This document shows positions 56,138 to 64,000 of a stretch of 64,000 nucleotides of DNA, in pieces. Position 1 is the stretch's first letter, and each line of letters starts with the position of its first letter. The translations under genes and the position numbers were made by a program. The notes below the pieces were generated by a model. It was not told the DNA's origin and searched no databases. It saw only the letters and a list, made by a program, of their open reading frames with translations. The stretch lies in the IMG/VR virus record IMGVR_UViG_3300027759_000045, positions 282,857 through 346,856 of that record; one strand, given 5' to 3'.

Positions 56138-56735
56138 GTCCCAACAAGATACTGTAGCGTGTTTTGTCAGTGCGATTCCATCCGTCGTGCCAGGTGTTCC
56201 AGTCGTTGCTGTGTATCCATCCGGCGCCGTAACCAGTGGCAACACGACGCGGATTGTGTCGATCCGGATGATCATAAAAACAACTGGCTGAGTCCGGATC
56301 GTCACCCTCGGCCAGGTATATCATACCGGTGCCCACCAATCGTCGCATGTCGCAGTGAATACCGTTTTCAAAGCCCGGCAAGTCTTTGGTAAATTCTGCA
56401 TGCAGTTCAGTATTTGTACTCATGCGCCAAGGATACATCTGCCAGTTGACTTGCAGTATAGCCTTGTCTCGATACAGACATTCAATAACGTAATCTTTTA
56501 CAGAATCCTGCCTGAAGAATTGAGAAATTTGTTGCAACTTAGGGCTACGAGGACGATGTACTTTAAACCGTTTGCCGGTCCATTCGTCATGTTTAACAGC
56601 AGTTTCGGCTCCGTATGGTTTCCAGTCTTCCTGCTCAAAGTCAGCTATTAATTCTTCTCGGCTCCATGGAAAGGTTGTCTGAACTCGAGAGTACGCATAG
56701 TCTTCTGGAAAAATTTCAAATTTAATGTCTTGCAT
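56076..56735 (-). CDS. 2OG-Fe(II) oxygenase-like protein
   Basis: GIHCD, GMIYL, TWHDG, RYSILL; start at MQDIKF. Confidence 0.7.
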   Translation of the reverse strand: MQDIKFEIFPEDYAYSRVQTTFPWSREELIADFEQEDWKPYGAETAVKHDEWTGKRFKVHRPRSPKLQQISQFFRQDSVKDYVIECLYRDKAILQVNWQMYPWRMSTNTELHAEFTKDLPGFENGIHCDMRRLVGTGMIYLAEGDDPDSASCFYDHPDRHNPRRVATGYGAGWIHSNDWNTWHDGWNRTDKTRYSILLGLTLKLENQPQATDQAVQTTA

Positions 56736-56796
56736 ATGATCACTTTGTGTGTTATACTTACTTATATTACACACCCATGCATAACAAGGAAATTCC

Positions 56797-57420
56797 ATGC
56801 CTAATTTAGTACCTATTGTTCTAGAACAAACTGCCAAAGGCGAACGTTCATATGACATCTACAGTCGACTGCTACGTGACCGTGTGATCATGCTGGACAC
56901 AGAAGTCAGCGAACATTCAGCCAGTTTAATTGTGGCACAGATGCTGTTCTTGGAAAGCGAAAATCCTGACAAGGATATCTCATTGTACATCAATTCACCT
57001 GGCGGTGCTGTCACAGCCGGCCTGGCCATTTACGATACCATGCAGTTTATCAAATGCGATGTACAGACCATTGTGCTGGGCCAGGCTGCAAGTATGGGAT
57101 CCATGTTGGCACAAGCAGGTGCCGCAGGTAAACGTATGGTGCTACCCGAAGCACGTACAATGATACACCGTGTGAGTTCTGGCACACCGGGCACACGTGG
57201 TTCAGTTCATGTGCAGGATCTGCAGTTCGAAGATTCAAAACGTGCGTTTGAAGAAAGTGTACGAATAAATAAACGTCTTACCGAGCTGTACGTCAAGCAC
57301 AACACCGCCAGCAAGACCTATGAAGAACTGTATGAAACTATGAAGTTTGATACATTCTTAAGCGCACAGCAAGCAGTTGATTTTGGACTTGCTGATAAAA
57401 TTATTGAAAAACGAGTTTAA
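56797..57420 (+). CDS. clpP: ClpP protease
   Basis: [35 protein letters not shown]. Confidence 0.95.
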   Translation: MPNLVPIVLEQTAKGERSYDIYSRLLRDRVIMLDTEVSEHSASLIVAQMLFLESENPDKDISLYINSPGGAVTAGLAIYDTMQFIKCDVQTIVLGQAASMGSMLAQAGAAGKRMVLPEARTMIHRVSSGTPGTRGSVHVQDLQFEDSKRAFEESVRINKRLTELYVKHNTASKTYEELYETMKFDTFLSAQQAVDFGLADKIIEKRV

Positions 57421-58718
57421 TGAGTTTCGAGCAAACATTCTGCGCTAGTCCGTGGTTGCATATGAGGATCACTAACTCTGGCACCTACGAACCCTGCAGA
57501 TGGATGGCTCACACCAACAGCACTCGAGTCAGCATTGATCGCAGTATACAAACAGTATCTCCGTTAACATACTTTCAACAGCACATGGCTCCGTTGCGAG
57601 CAGAATTACTCGAAGGCAACGCACCGGCAATGTGCAATGACTGCTTGGTTATGGAACAGCATGGCAAGCCAAGTGGGCGTCAGCGACAGTTGCTCAAGGT
57701 TGGAATACAAGACGAGTATTTTGAAAAAAGACTGGCCAGTTCTCCGTTAAAGACTGCATTTGATTACAGCAACAATAATGCCGGCCATACCGACCGCACA
57801 GTAACAGACTGGCAAATAGACCTGGGTAATTACTGCAATGGTGCTTGTGTGTTTTGTAATCCGGAGAGTTCAAGCAGTTTAGCCACGGAATTTAAAAAGC
57901 TAGGCTTGATTGAACAAGCGCCGACATCTGCCTGGTGTGACGATCCTGTGTTGTTGGAAAAGTTTATCAACGACCTGTCTCAAACTCCTAATCTACACTA
58001 CTTACACTTCCTTGGCGGCGAAACAGTGATCACTCCAGGATTTAAAAAGATACTGGCAGCATTGATTACCTCCGGTCTAGCAAAACAAATAACAATTGGC
58101 TTTACCACTAATCTCACTGTGTGGTCTGACTCAGTGGTTGAACTATTAATGCAGTTTCACCAAGTCAATCTGGGAATGAGCATAGAAACACTAACGCCTG
58201 TTAATGACTATGTAAGATACCCCAGCCAAATTGGATTGGTACAGCAGACATTGGATCGTTGGGTACAACTAGGACAGAAACAAAATTGGTTAATGCAGTT
58301 ACGCATTACTCCTACGTGTCTAACTGTACACGAATTACACACTGTGTATGATTATGCTTGGCAGAATATGATTGCTGTTGAAAGTTGTAACTTTATCAAT
58401 CGTCCAGAAGTAATGCGCATTGGTGTATTGCCAAAATATCAACGTGATCAAGCTGTACACGTTTTGAAAACTTGGATTGATCAACATCCAATTGCTGACC
58501 ATGCACAGATTATCAACACACGAGATCCAAACATTGCTAGAGAACAAATTATTCAAGACGCCACAAGTTATTTGACCTATCTCGAATCAGCTGTAGATGA
58601 AAGCGCAAGACTACCGGACCTGATTGCGTATCTTAAAAGATTAGAAGGCAATCGTGGCAATAGCATTTTAACTTATATTCCTCAATATGAAAACCTATTC
58701 AGATCTGCAGGATATTGA
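57420..58718 (+). CDS. Radical SAM protein with N-terminal Twitch-like domain
   Basis: FCASPW..CNDC; LGNYCNGACVFC; GGET. Confidence 0.9.
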   Translation: MSFEQTFCASPWLHMRITNSGTYEPCRWMAHTNSTRVSIDRSIQTVSPLTYFQQHMAPLRAELLEGNAPAMCNDCLVMEQHGKPSGRQRQLLKVGIQDEYFEKRLASSPLKTAFDYSNNNAGHTDRTVTDWQIDLGNYCNGACVFCNPESSSSLATEFKKLGLIEQAPTSAWCDDPVLLEKFINDLSQTPNLHYLHFLGGETVITPGFKKILAALITSGLAKQITIGFTTNLTVWSDSVVELLMQFHQVNLGMSIETLTPVNDYVRYPSQIGLVQQTLDRWVQLGQKQNWLMQLRITPTCLTVHELHTVYDYAWQNMIAVESCNFINRPEVMRIGVLPKYQRDQAVHVLKTWIDQHPIADHAQIINTRDPNIAREQIIQDATSYLTYLESAVDESARLPDLIAYLKRLEGNRGNSILTYIPQYENLFRSAGY

Positions 58719-59112
58719 TCAATCGATCAATGTTAAAATTAACTTGCGTCCTGTTGGTATGCCGAATATCAGTGTGTCAATCAATCAAACAATGTTTGAA
58801 TATACTGTATTATTAAATCCTGTTGTGTTGGAATATCGGGTAGGATTATTGGATAATATCAATATTATTATAAAATTATATGATAAAGAATATGATATCA
58901 ATAACAAAACTGCGGTAATAATTGATAATATTGTTATTGATAATATTGATATTGTTCCTAAGTTTGATTATCTGGCAGAGTACATTAATGATCACAACAA
59001 TAACAATCCCACCAGTTACTTGGGATTCAATGGCACATGGCAATTGAATATCGATCAGCCATTTTATCATTGGTTACACAAACACACTGGCCAAGGTTGG
59101 CTTTTAACATAA
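58687..59112 (+). CDS. Hypothetical AT-rich protein (141 aa)
   Basis: ORF track; overlaps the radical SAM 3' end. Confidence 0.65.
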   Translation: MKTYSDLQDIDQSINVKINLRPVGMPNISVSINQTMFEYTVLLNPVVLEYRVGLLDNINIIIKLYDKEYDINNKTAVIIDNIVIDNIDIVPKFDYLAEYINDHNNNNPTSYLGFNGTWQLNIDQPFYHWLHKHTGQGWLLT

Positions 59113-59125
59113 CAAGTATATGATA

Positions 59126-59210
59126 ATAGATAATCGATAATATTATCTATAATCCCCCAAGGTAATACTCAAGTATTACCTTTTTTTTGTGGTTTTTTTA
59201 CCACAAAAAA
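59126..59210. repeat. Three consecutive inverted repeats
   Basis: ATAGATAAT/ATTATCTAT, GGTAATACT/AGTATTACC, TTTTTTGTGGT/ACCACAAAAAA. Confidence 0.85.
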
Positions 59211-59214
59211 CTGT

Positions 59215-59243
59215 TTGACCAGAAATTCTCGATTTGCTATAAT
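59215..59243 (+). promoter_or_regulatory. sigma70 early promoter P7
   Basis: TTGACC-agaaattctcgatttgc-TATAAT. Confidence 0.85.
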
Positions 59244-59249
59244 ACTTGT

Positions 59250-59588
59250 ATGGAACTTAAAAAGCAATCACGTAAAAAACGCACCGACCGTACTCACATC
59301 ATTTATATGATTGAAAGCGGCACAGACTTCTACATTGGCGTCACTGCCAAGACAATGAGCACTGTGAAGAAGAGCGTGTTGGTTCGTTGCAACAAGCACA
59401 TGTACCGCATGCGCTCGGAAGACAAATCATGGATGCTGTATGAGACCATGCGTGAACGTGGTACTGACGCATTCACTGTTCGTGTTGTGGCTGTGGTTCG
59501 TGGCAAAGCAGAAGCACACACTGTTGAACGTGACATGATCCGTACTATGAAACCTAACCTTAACACTGATACTCGTGGTGTTGCGTAA
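59250..59588 (+). CDS. GIY-YIG nuclease family protein
   Basis: HIIYMI..FYIGVT..R..H..E; ATG 6 nt after the -10 box. Confidence 0.75.
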   Translation: MELKKQSRKKRTDRTHIIYMIESGTDFYIGVTAKTMSTVKKSVLVRCNKHMYRMRSEDKSWMLYETMRERGTDAFTVRVVAVVRGKAEAHTVERDMIRTMKPNLNTDTRGVA

Positions 59589-59606
59589 AAGCAACAGAAA
59601 GAACAT

Positions 59607-59747
59607 ATGAAACGGTTTATTATTTCTGCAATTTTAATGGGCGTTGTCACAGTGGCATCTGCTCAAAAACCCCGGTGTATGAAATGGACTTGGTATAACA
59701 TTGACGGTGTTCAGCACACGGTATGCCTGCTGTGGGCCAATCGTTAA
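59607..59747 (+). CDS. Small exported disulfide-hairpin peptide (46 aa), not in ORF track
   Basis: MKRFIISAILMGVVTVASA-QKPRCMKWTWYNIDGVQHTVCLLWANR. Confidence 0.7.
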   Translation: MKRFIISAILMGVVTVASAQKPRCMKWTWYNIDGVQHTVCLLWANR

Positions 59748-59752
59748 AACGG

Positions 59753-59781
59753 TTGACCCGAAATTGCCAATTTGCTATAAT
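59753..59781 (+). promoter_or_regulatory. sigma70 early promoter P8
   Basis: TTGACC-cgaaattgccaatttgc-TATAAT. Confidence 0.85.
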
Positions 59782-59811
59782 ATAGCATAGTTTAACAAAA
59801 AGGAATAGAAA

Positions 59812-60087
59812 ATGAAAGCACTTACTGCATACATTGATCGTCAAAACAAATACCAGGCCCTGTTCCGAGGCCAACGTACAGAACCCCTGTACGAAGTCAC
59901 CACTGCCGCAGGCCGCAAGCGTGTGGCAGACATGATTGATTGCGCACTGAGCCCTGAAAATCTTTCATGTGATGGCGAACTGCCTCGTGCAGAAGTTAAC
60001 CGTCGCTATCGTGAACTCACAGCGGCCGCAAAGGATCTGATCAAGTTGGATCCTACTATGGCTCAACACATGTACGAATTTGGTTGA
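59812..60087 (+). CDS. Hypothetical early protein (91 aa)
   Basis: AAGGA SD; LSPENLSCDGE. Confidence 0.75.
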   Translation: MKALTAYIDRQNKYQALFRGQRTEPLYEVTTAAGRKRVADMIDCALSPENLSCDGELPRAEVNRRYRELTAAAKDLIKLDPTMAQHMYEFG

Positions 60088-60112
60088 CCCGAAATTGCTG
60101 ATTTGCTATAAT
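60084..60112 (+). promoter_or_regulatory. sigma70 early promoter P9
   Basis: TTGACC-cgaaattgctgatttgc-TATAAT. Confidence 0.85.
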
Positions 60113-60142
60113 ATGAACATAGTAAGAAATAAGGAGCTCGAA

Positions 60143-60508
60143 ATGGAACAGTTTAAAAGTTGGGAAGAGTTGACAGAGTTGGAACAGGCTCAGGCCACCT
60201 ACTGGGACATGTACAAGGATGCCCATAACTTCCGTCCACGTCACGTTGACACCAGCACCTGGACCCTGGCTGACTTTGATCGCGAGTTCACAGAATTGGG
60301 TCAGATCATGACAGCCAACCATGAGGCAGAGCAAATTGCCCAGGCCGCGGCAGTAGAAGCATTCGAACGCCGTGTAGCAGAGATGCTGACACTGGGTGCC
60401 AAAGACATAGAAATGGCCATGCGTTGGATTCACGAAGCCGAAGACACCAACGGTGATGAAGACTACCTTGCATGGACTCTGGGCTTGCCTTACAGATATT
60501 TTGCGTAA
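60143..60508 (+). CDS. Hypothetical early protein (DMYKDAHNFRPR motif)
   Basis: AAGGAG SD before MEQFKSW. Confidence 0.75.
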   Translation: MEQFKSWEELTELEQAQATYWDMYKDAHNFRPRHVDTSTWTLADFDREFTELGQIMTANHEAEQIAQAAAVEAFERRVAEMLTLGAKDIEMAMRWIHEAEDTNGDEDYLAWTLGLPYRYFA

Positions 60509-60521
60509 CTGGGAGACGGAT

Positions 60522-60725
60522 ATGTCATACGATAAAACACACGGTAGTTGGTATGATCGAGGTGCCGCAGACAATTACTACGGTCGCAGACCCAACCCAC
60601 ATCGTGGCGGTGTAGGTGGCGAATCCGGCCCAAGAATTGAAGCAGGGCATCCTGAAGAAGTTGAGGCCTACATGGCCGGCTATAAAGATAACGAAGCCTC
60701 TGGCGATAAGAAAGATTGGAACTGA
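60522..60725 (+). CDS. Hypothetical protein
   Basis: GGAG SD; MSYDKTHGSWYDRG. Confidence 0.7.
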   Translation: MSYDKTHGSWYDRGAADNYYGRRPNPHRGGVGGESGPRIEAGHPEEVEAYMAGYKDNEASGDKKDWN

Positions 60726-60726
60726 T

Positions 60727-60888
60727 ATGAGCAAGATGAGCGATTTAACTGTGGAAATTTCTGACATGCTGGAAGCAGGCTACTTGCCTGTGACAGTGGC
60801 TAGACTGTTGGAAATCCCTGTGAACTGGGTTTACGAAACTGCTGATCCAGAAGAAGAACTTAGCCCTTTTCAAACTGTGAATTCCTAA
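60727..60888 (+). CDS. Hypothetical protein (53 aa)
   Basis: MSKMSDL..; abuts the upstream stop. Confidence 0.65.
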   Translation: MSKMSDLTVEISDMLEAGYLPVTVARLLEIPVNWVYETADPEEELSPFQTVNS

Positions 60889-60898
60889 GGAGAACACA

Positions 60899-61030
60899 AT
60901 GACTAAACTGCAATATCTTTTGTTAAGTGTGATACTGATCACTGTGTCAGGTTGCGGCACAATGGGCGGTGCTGTGAGTGGCGCAGGTCAAGACTTGTCT
61001 CGTGCAGGCGAGTGGATTCGGTCACGATGA
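60899..61030 (+). CDS. Entericidin EcnA/B-like lipoprotein (43 aa), not in ORF track
   Basis: AAGGAG SD; lipobox VSGC then GTMGGAVSGAGQDLSRAGEWI. Confidence 0.7.
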   Translation: MTKLQYLLLSVILITVSGCGTMGGAVSGAGQDLSRAGEWIRSR

Positions 61031-61380
61031 AAGTCGTACAGGAAACTACAGATTGGGGCAACACCGACAGCCCCAATCATGTGTACTTTTTAAACAACAG
61101 CCGCGACAAGATGTTTGCCTATGTCCGGCATGGATCAGTACAGGTCAAGCAGTTTCGGAGCCCAATCAGTTTTTACACTCGTGGACGCAAGTTTCAGGAA
61201 GTGCCAAATACCTGGGGATATTCACCGGGTCAAGCGGCAGAACCAGAAGGCCGCTCTTGGACTGTGGCCGGATCAAAAGGTGCAGAATACACTGTGACAG
61301 AACTGAATGGTCAGATCACGTGTTCCTGCCCTGGTCACAAATATCGTGGCGCTTGTAAACACATCAAGGAAAAAGCATAA
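61027..61380 (+). CDS. SWIM zinc-finger protein
   Basis: ATGA overlap; CSCPG..CKHI. Confidence 0.75.
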   Translation: MKVVQETTDWGNTDSPNHVYFLNNSRDKMFAYVRHGSVQVKQFRSPISFYTRGRKFQEVPNTWGYSPGQAAEPEGRSWTVAGSKGAEYTVTELNGQITCSCPGHKYRGACKHIKEKA

Positions 61381-61586
61381 TGTGGACATTGTTATTAGTC
61401 ACAGCAATCAACACCGCACCTGCTCCGGTTGGAACATTCGCCACACAACAGGCCTGCCAAACCTCTGCCAAAGAATGGCAAGTGCAGGGTGTCAAAGCCG
61501 GATGCGTTCAACAGCCGTCTGTCGAGGATGCTATGAAACAGGCCATTGCTATGATGAATGTGTTTATAAACAGCATGCCGAAATAA
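61380..61586 (+). CDS. Small exported protein (68 aa)
   Basis: TAATG overlap; hydrophobic N-terminus; two Cys. Confidence 0.65.
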   Translation: MWTLLLVTAINTAPAPVGTFATQQACQTSAKEWQVQGVKAGCVQQPSVEDAMKQAIAMMNVFINSMPK

Positions 61587-61701
61587 CCCTGTATAATGAC
61601 AAAAGTGATCCATTACTGGGCCCAACAGCCCTGTTTCACGCCGTCACTCTTAAATAAATGTACGGGCCTTACGGGCCTGTTAACTTAAAGGAGTCTATTA
61701 A

Positions 61702-61932
61702 ATGGACAAAGCATTTGCAGTAGCAGGAAATCTTGTTAGTAACATCACTTCAATTGGTATCAAACTAATTGCAGTCACAGTGGTTCTCCAAATTTTATTT
61801 GGCGCCGCAGTACCATTCTTAGGATTGGATGTGATCACTAACATTACCAAAATAGTTGCATCACTTGGTAGTCAAGGCCTAGTTGGCTTGGTTGCAGTGG
61901 CAGTGCTGTATTGGAGTTTCAACAAAGCCTAA
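61702..61932 (+). CDS. Small 2-3 TM membrane protein
   Basis: TAAATA at 61651, AAGGAG SD, terminator downstream. Confidence 0.8.
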   Translation: MDKAFAVAGNLVSNITSIGIKLIAVTVVLQILFGAAVPFLGLDVITNITKIVASLGSQGLVGLVAVAVLYWSFNKA

Positions 61933-61955
61933 TAGACTCTGAGTCTATCTAATAG

Positions 61956-61983
61956 AAAGCCACTTCACAGTGGCTTTTCTTTT
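61956..61983. terminator. Bidirectional terminator between convergent genes
   Basis: AAAGCCACT-tcac-AGTGGCTTT then tctttt. Confidence 0.85.
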
Positions 61984-61986
61984 GGC

Positions 61987-62712
61987 TTATAATCCGTAGT
62001 CAAGTGCTAGAGCATTGTAGTTCTGTTTTATTTGGTCAGCATTTAATGCTCGTCCATATACCGCAGTGACACCAATATCGCCATACCAGAAGTTGTCGAG
62101 TCGACCTACATTTTCAGTTGAACTGCTCTGATACTGGGCAAATGTCTGCCCGGCCACAGTTCCTACCGCTTGTCCGTTGAAATAGAAAGTCACTACACCA
62201 CCGGTGGTCTGTGTCACAGCAACAATCACCCAGGTGTTTGCGGGAATTGACACATTGTTACTGAGTCCGCCAAAACTGTTTGCACTGTAATGTATTTGTA
62301 AATTGTTCGAAACATCGTGGTGTATATAAGTGTTGAAGTTTCTAAGGCCAGTGTTTGTGCCAAATATTCCACGGTAAGAATCAAGCCCAGGAGTCCAAGC
62401 ACTGGCATTAATTCTTATGGCCGCCATGACAGTTTTGCCAGTGTAGGTTTGATTGTATTTGTTAGAGACAGTGGACGCATACTGTGAACCGGTGCCGTTG
62501 AGACTGAAGTAACTGGCTGTGCCAGCATTGGTCCAAGTTGGACTACCCACTAATGTGGCTGTGTTGTTGTTGCCCGACAGGTCAGTCCATGTGGTTCCAG
62601 AACCAGGATAACTGGCAGTGTTTCCTGGATCTAAATACAGTAGCGCACCCGTTGAATTGAACGATGCATCGTACACAACGGTATTGCTGAGTTTTACGCC
62701 TTGTATGATCAT
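61987..62712 (-). CDS. LamG/concanavalin-A-like lectin domain virion protein
   Basis: LYLDPGN..SYPGSGTTWTDLSGNNN; W(V/I)IVAVT..FYFNG; YGRAL..QIKQNY. Confidence 0.85.
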   Translation of the reverse strand: MIIQGVKLSNTVVYDASFNSTGALLYLDPGNTASYPGSGTTWTDLSGNNNTATLVGSPTWTNAGTASYFSLNGTGSQYASTVSNKYNQTYTGKTVMAAIRINASAWTPGLDSYRGIFGTNTGLRNFNTYIHHDVSNNLQIHYSANSFGGLSNNVSIPANTWVIVAVTQTTGGVVTFYFNGQAVGTVAGQTFAQYQSSSTENVGRLDNFWYGDIGVTAVYGRALNADQIKQNYNALALDYGL

Positions 62713-62722
62713 TGTTGATCCA

Positions 62723-64000
62723 TTAACTGATTGCTATCCAACCGTAACGCACAGTGACATTACCGCCGCTGGTGTTGTTGATGCCAAAGTCAAATCTATT
62801 GGTAGTTGCACTTGGCGCGGTATTACTACGAACTATGGCGTTTGCTGTACCTACAAACTGATTGGGTATGTTGGTAAAGTCAATGGGTGTGCCGCCACCG
62901 TCGTAGACCCAGGCATACTGATAACCCACTACAGGCACATTGGTGTTGGTAACGGTAGCTGTGGCGTTCCAAACCAAGATACCATTGGGAATATTGCAAT
63001 CAACCCACATTTGATAGGTCTCGTTGATACCCACAGTGAAACTTTGAGTGCTGTTGCCCACAGGCACAGTCCAGGAGCTTTCAAATCTTGTGACTGGATT
63101 CACTGGTGTATTGTTGGCATAGTTTACGGCAAATGTGTTACCTGGTAGTGTTAGATTGCCTGTGTTGTCAAACACAGTTGAATAACTACCGGCAACTAAA
63201 GTAACATTTGGTTGTGTGCCCACAACATTGCCGGTGATACTAATATTGCCTACAAAGTTGCTGGCAGTGACGTTGCCTGTGGTGCTGATAGCATTGCTGC
63301 CAAATGCAGCCAGGAAGGTGGCCACATTGGCGTTGCCATAACTTGCGGCTATGCCAGTTAATTGGCTACCATTGCCAATAAAAAAGTTGCCAGACACATT
63401 GCCAGTGGCACTAACAATGCCTGCAGTTAGAATGTTGCCACTAGTGACGTTGCCAGTTGAACTGATCAATCCAACAGTTCTAATGTTACCACCAACAACG
63501 TTACCAGTGGCACTGATATTTCCAGAAGATTTTATAGTGCCGGTAGCAGGTTCAACAGTGGCATAGTTTACATATTTTAGGTTGCCATCATAGGTCATCA
63601 TGCTCATATCACCAGTGGAGGCAATATCTTGTGCAACTGTGGGAGCTGGTAAACTGGTCAATTCACTGCCGTTGCCTTTGATATAAACACCGGTAACGTT
63701 GCCCGTAGCACTGATGTTGCCAGGAGCAGTCAAGTTGCCAGCAGTGTCAAATGTCCAGGTTTTGGTCCCACTGACATTGCCGGCCTGTATGGCCACATTG
63801 CCTCCTTGTAAAACGGCAATATTGGCTTCCTCATCTGTGCCCAAAATCAAATTGGCGCCAGCGGCCCCGGCTGCCACATGTATATCCGCGGCCCCGGTCA
63901 AGTAAATATTTACATATGCGGCAGCATCAGCAGGGTCTGGTTGTAGGTTCAAGTTACCTGTGCCAATGATATTGACGTCATTGAATGTGACATTGCCTGT
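62723..64000 (-). CDS. Tail fibre-like protein, C-terminal part (open to window end)
   Basis: Frame open through 64000; repeated ISATGNV and GNGSQLTG units. Confidence 0.8.
   Translation of the reverse strand, partial: TGNVTFNDVNIIGTGNLNLQPDPADAAAYVNIYLTGAADIHVAAGAAGANLILGTDEEANIAVLQGGNVAIQAGNVSGTKTWTFDTAGNLTAPGNISATGNVTGVYIKGNGSELTSLPAPTVAQDIASTGDMSMMTYDGNLKYVNYATVEPATGTIKSSGNISATGNVVGGNIRTVGLISSTGNVTSGNILTAGIVSATGNVSGNFFIGNGSQLTGIAASYGNANVATFLAAFGSNAISTTGNVTASNFVGNISITGNVVGTQPNVTLVAGSYSTVFDNTGNLTLPGNTFAVNYANNTPVNPVTRFESSWTVPVGNSTQSFTVGINETYQMWVDCNIPNGILVWNATATVTNTNVPVVGYQYAWVYDGGGTPIDFTNIPNQFVGTANAIVRSNTAPSATTNRFDFGINNTSGGNVTVRYGWIAIS

Noticed and set aside
1-64000. Stop-codon reassignment
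   Set aside because: Conserved genes are full length in the standard code, and TAA, TGA and TAG (e.g. 36436-36438) all end genes
1-64000. tRNA, rRNA or tmRNA genes
   Set aside because: No cloverleaf or T-loop pattern was seen in the few intergenic gaps by eye; tRNAscan-SE/Infernal would be needed to exclude them formally
1-64000. Bacterial chromosome or integrated prophage
   Set aside because: Host-like genes are interleaved with PAAR, fibre and early cassettes under T4-type late promoters; no integrase or intact bacterial operon context
62723-64000. Diversity-generating retroelement target in the tail fibre or lectin genes
   Set aside because: No template/variable repeat pair differing at adenines and no reverse transcriptase in the window

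Overview
This is a 64 kb slice of a large T4-like/jumbo myophage genome, densely coding in the standard genetic code. The host is inferred to be a proteobacterium, probably a betaproteobacterium, from the CspA, IscU/IscA, DUF3563-like, entericidin-like and phasin-like genes. Evidence for phage origin: T4-type late promoters (TATAAATA/TAAATA), two blocks of short early genes behind near-consensus sigma70 promoters, PAAR, tail-spike and tail-fibre genes, a free-standing NUMOD3 homing endonuclease, nrdA/nrdB/glutaredoxin and an ATP-dependent DNA ligase. Host-like accessory content includes a proteostasis set (ClpX, two ClpP, ClpS, GroES, Hsp20), six radical-SAM enzymes, IscU/IscA, three 2OG-Fe(II) oxygenases, UvdE and LpxH-like/GT2 genes. 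The best candidates for undescribed biology are: (1) a probably capsid-packaged Pol-beta nucleotidyltransferase / RNA-ligase-like fusion among genes with T4-like capsid-targeting N-termini; (2) a nucleotide-sugar dehydrogenase / 2OG oxygenase / amidinotransferase operon; (3) a late six-gene exported operon built on an Asn-rich beta-solenoid/amyloid-like protein; (4) PhaR-box-like operators fused to late promoters upstream of a phasin-like gene and an unannotated microprotein operon; (5) promoter-bounded early gene cassettes. All family assignments come from motif recognition by eye; no database search was run. No tRNA, rRNA or CRISPR array was seen.
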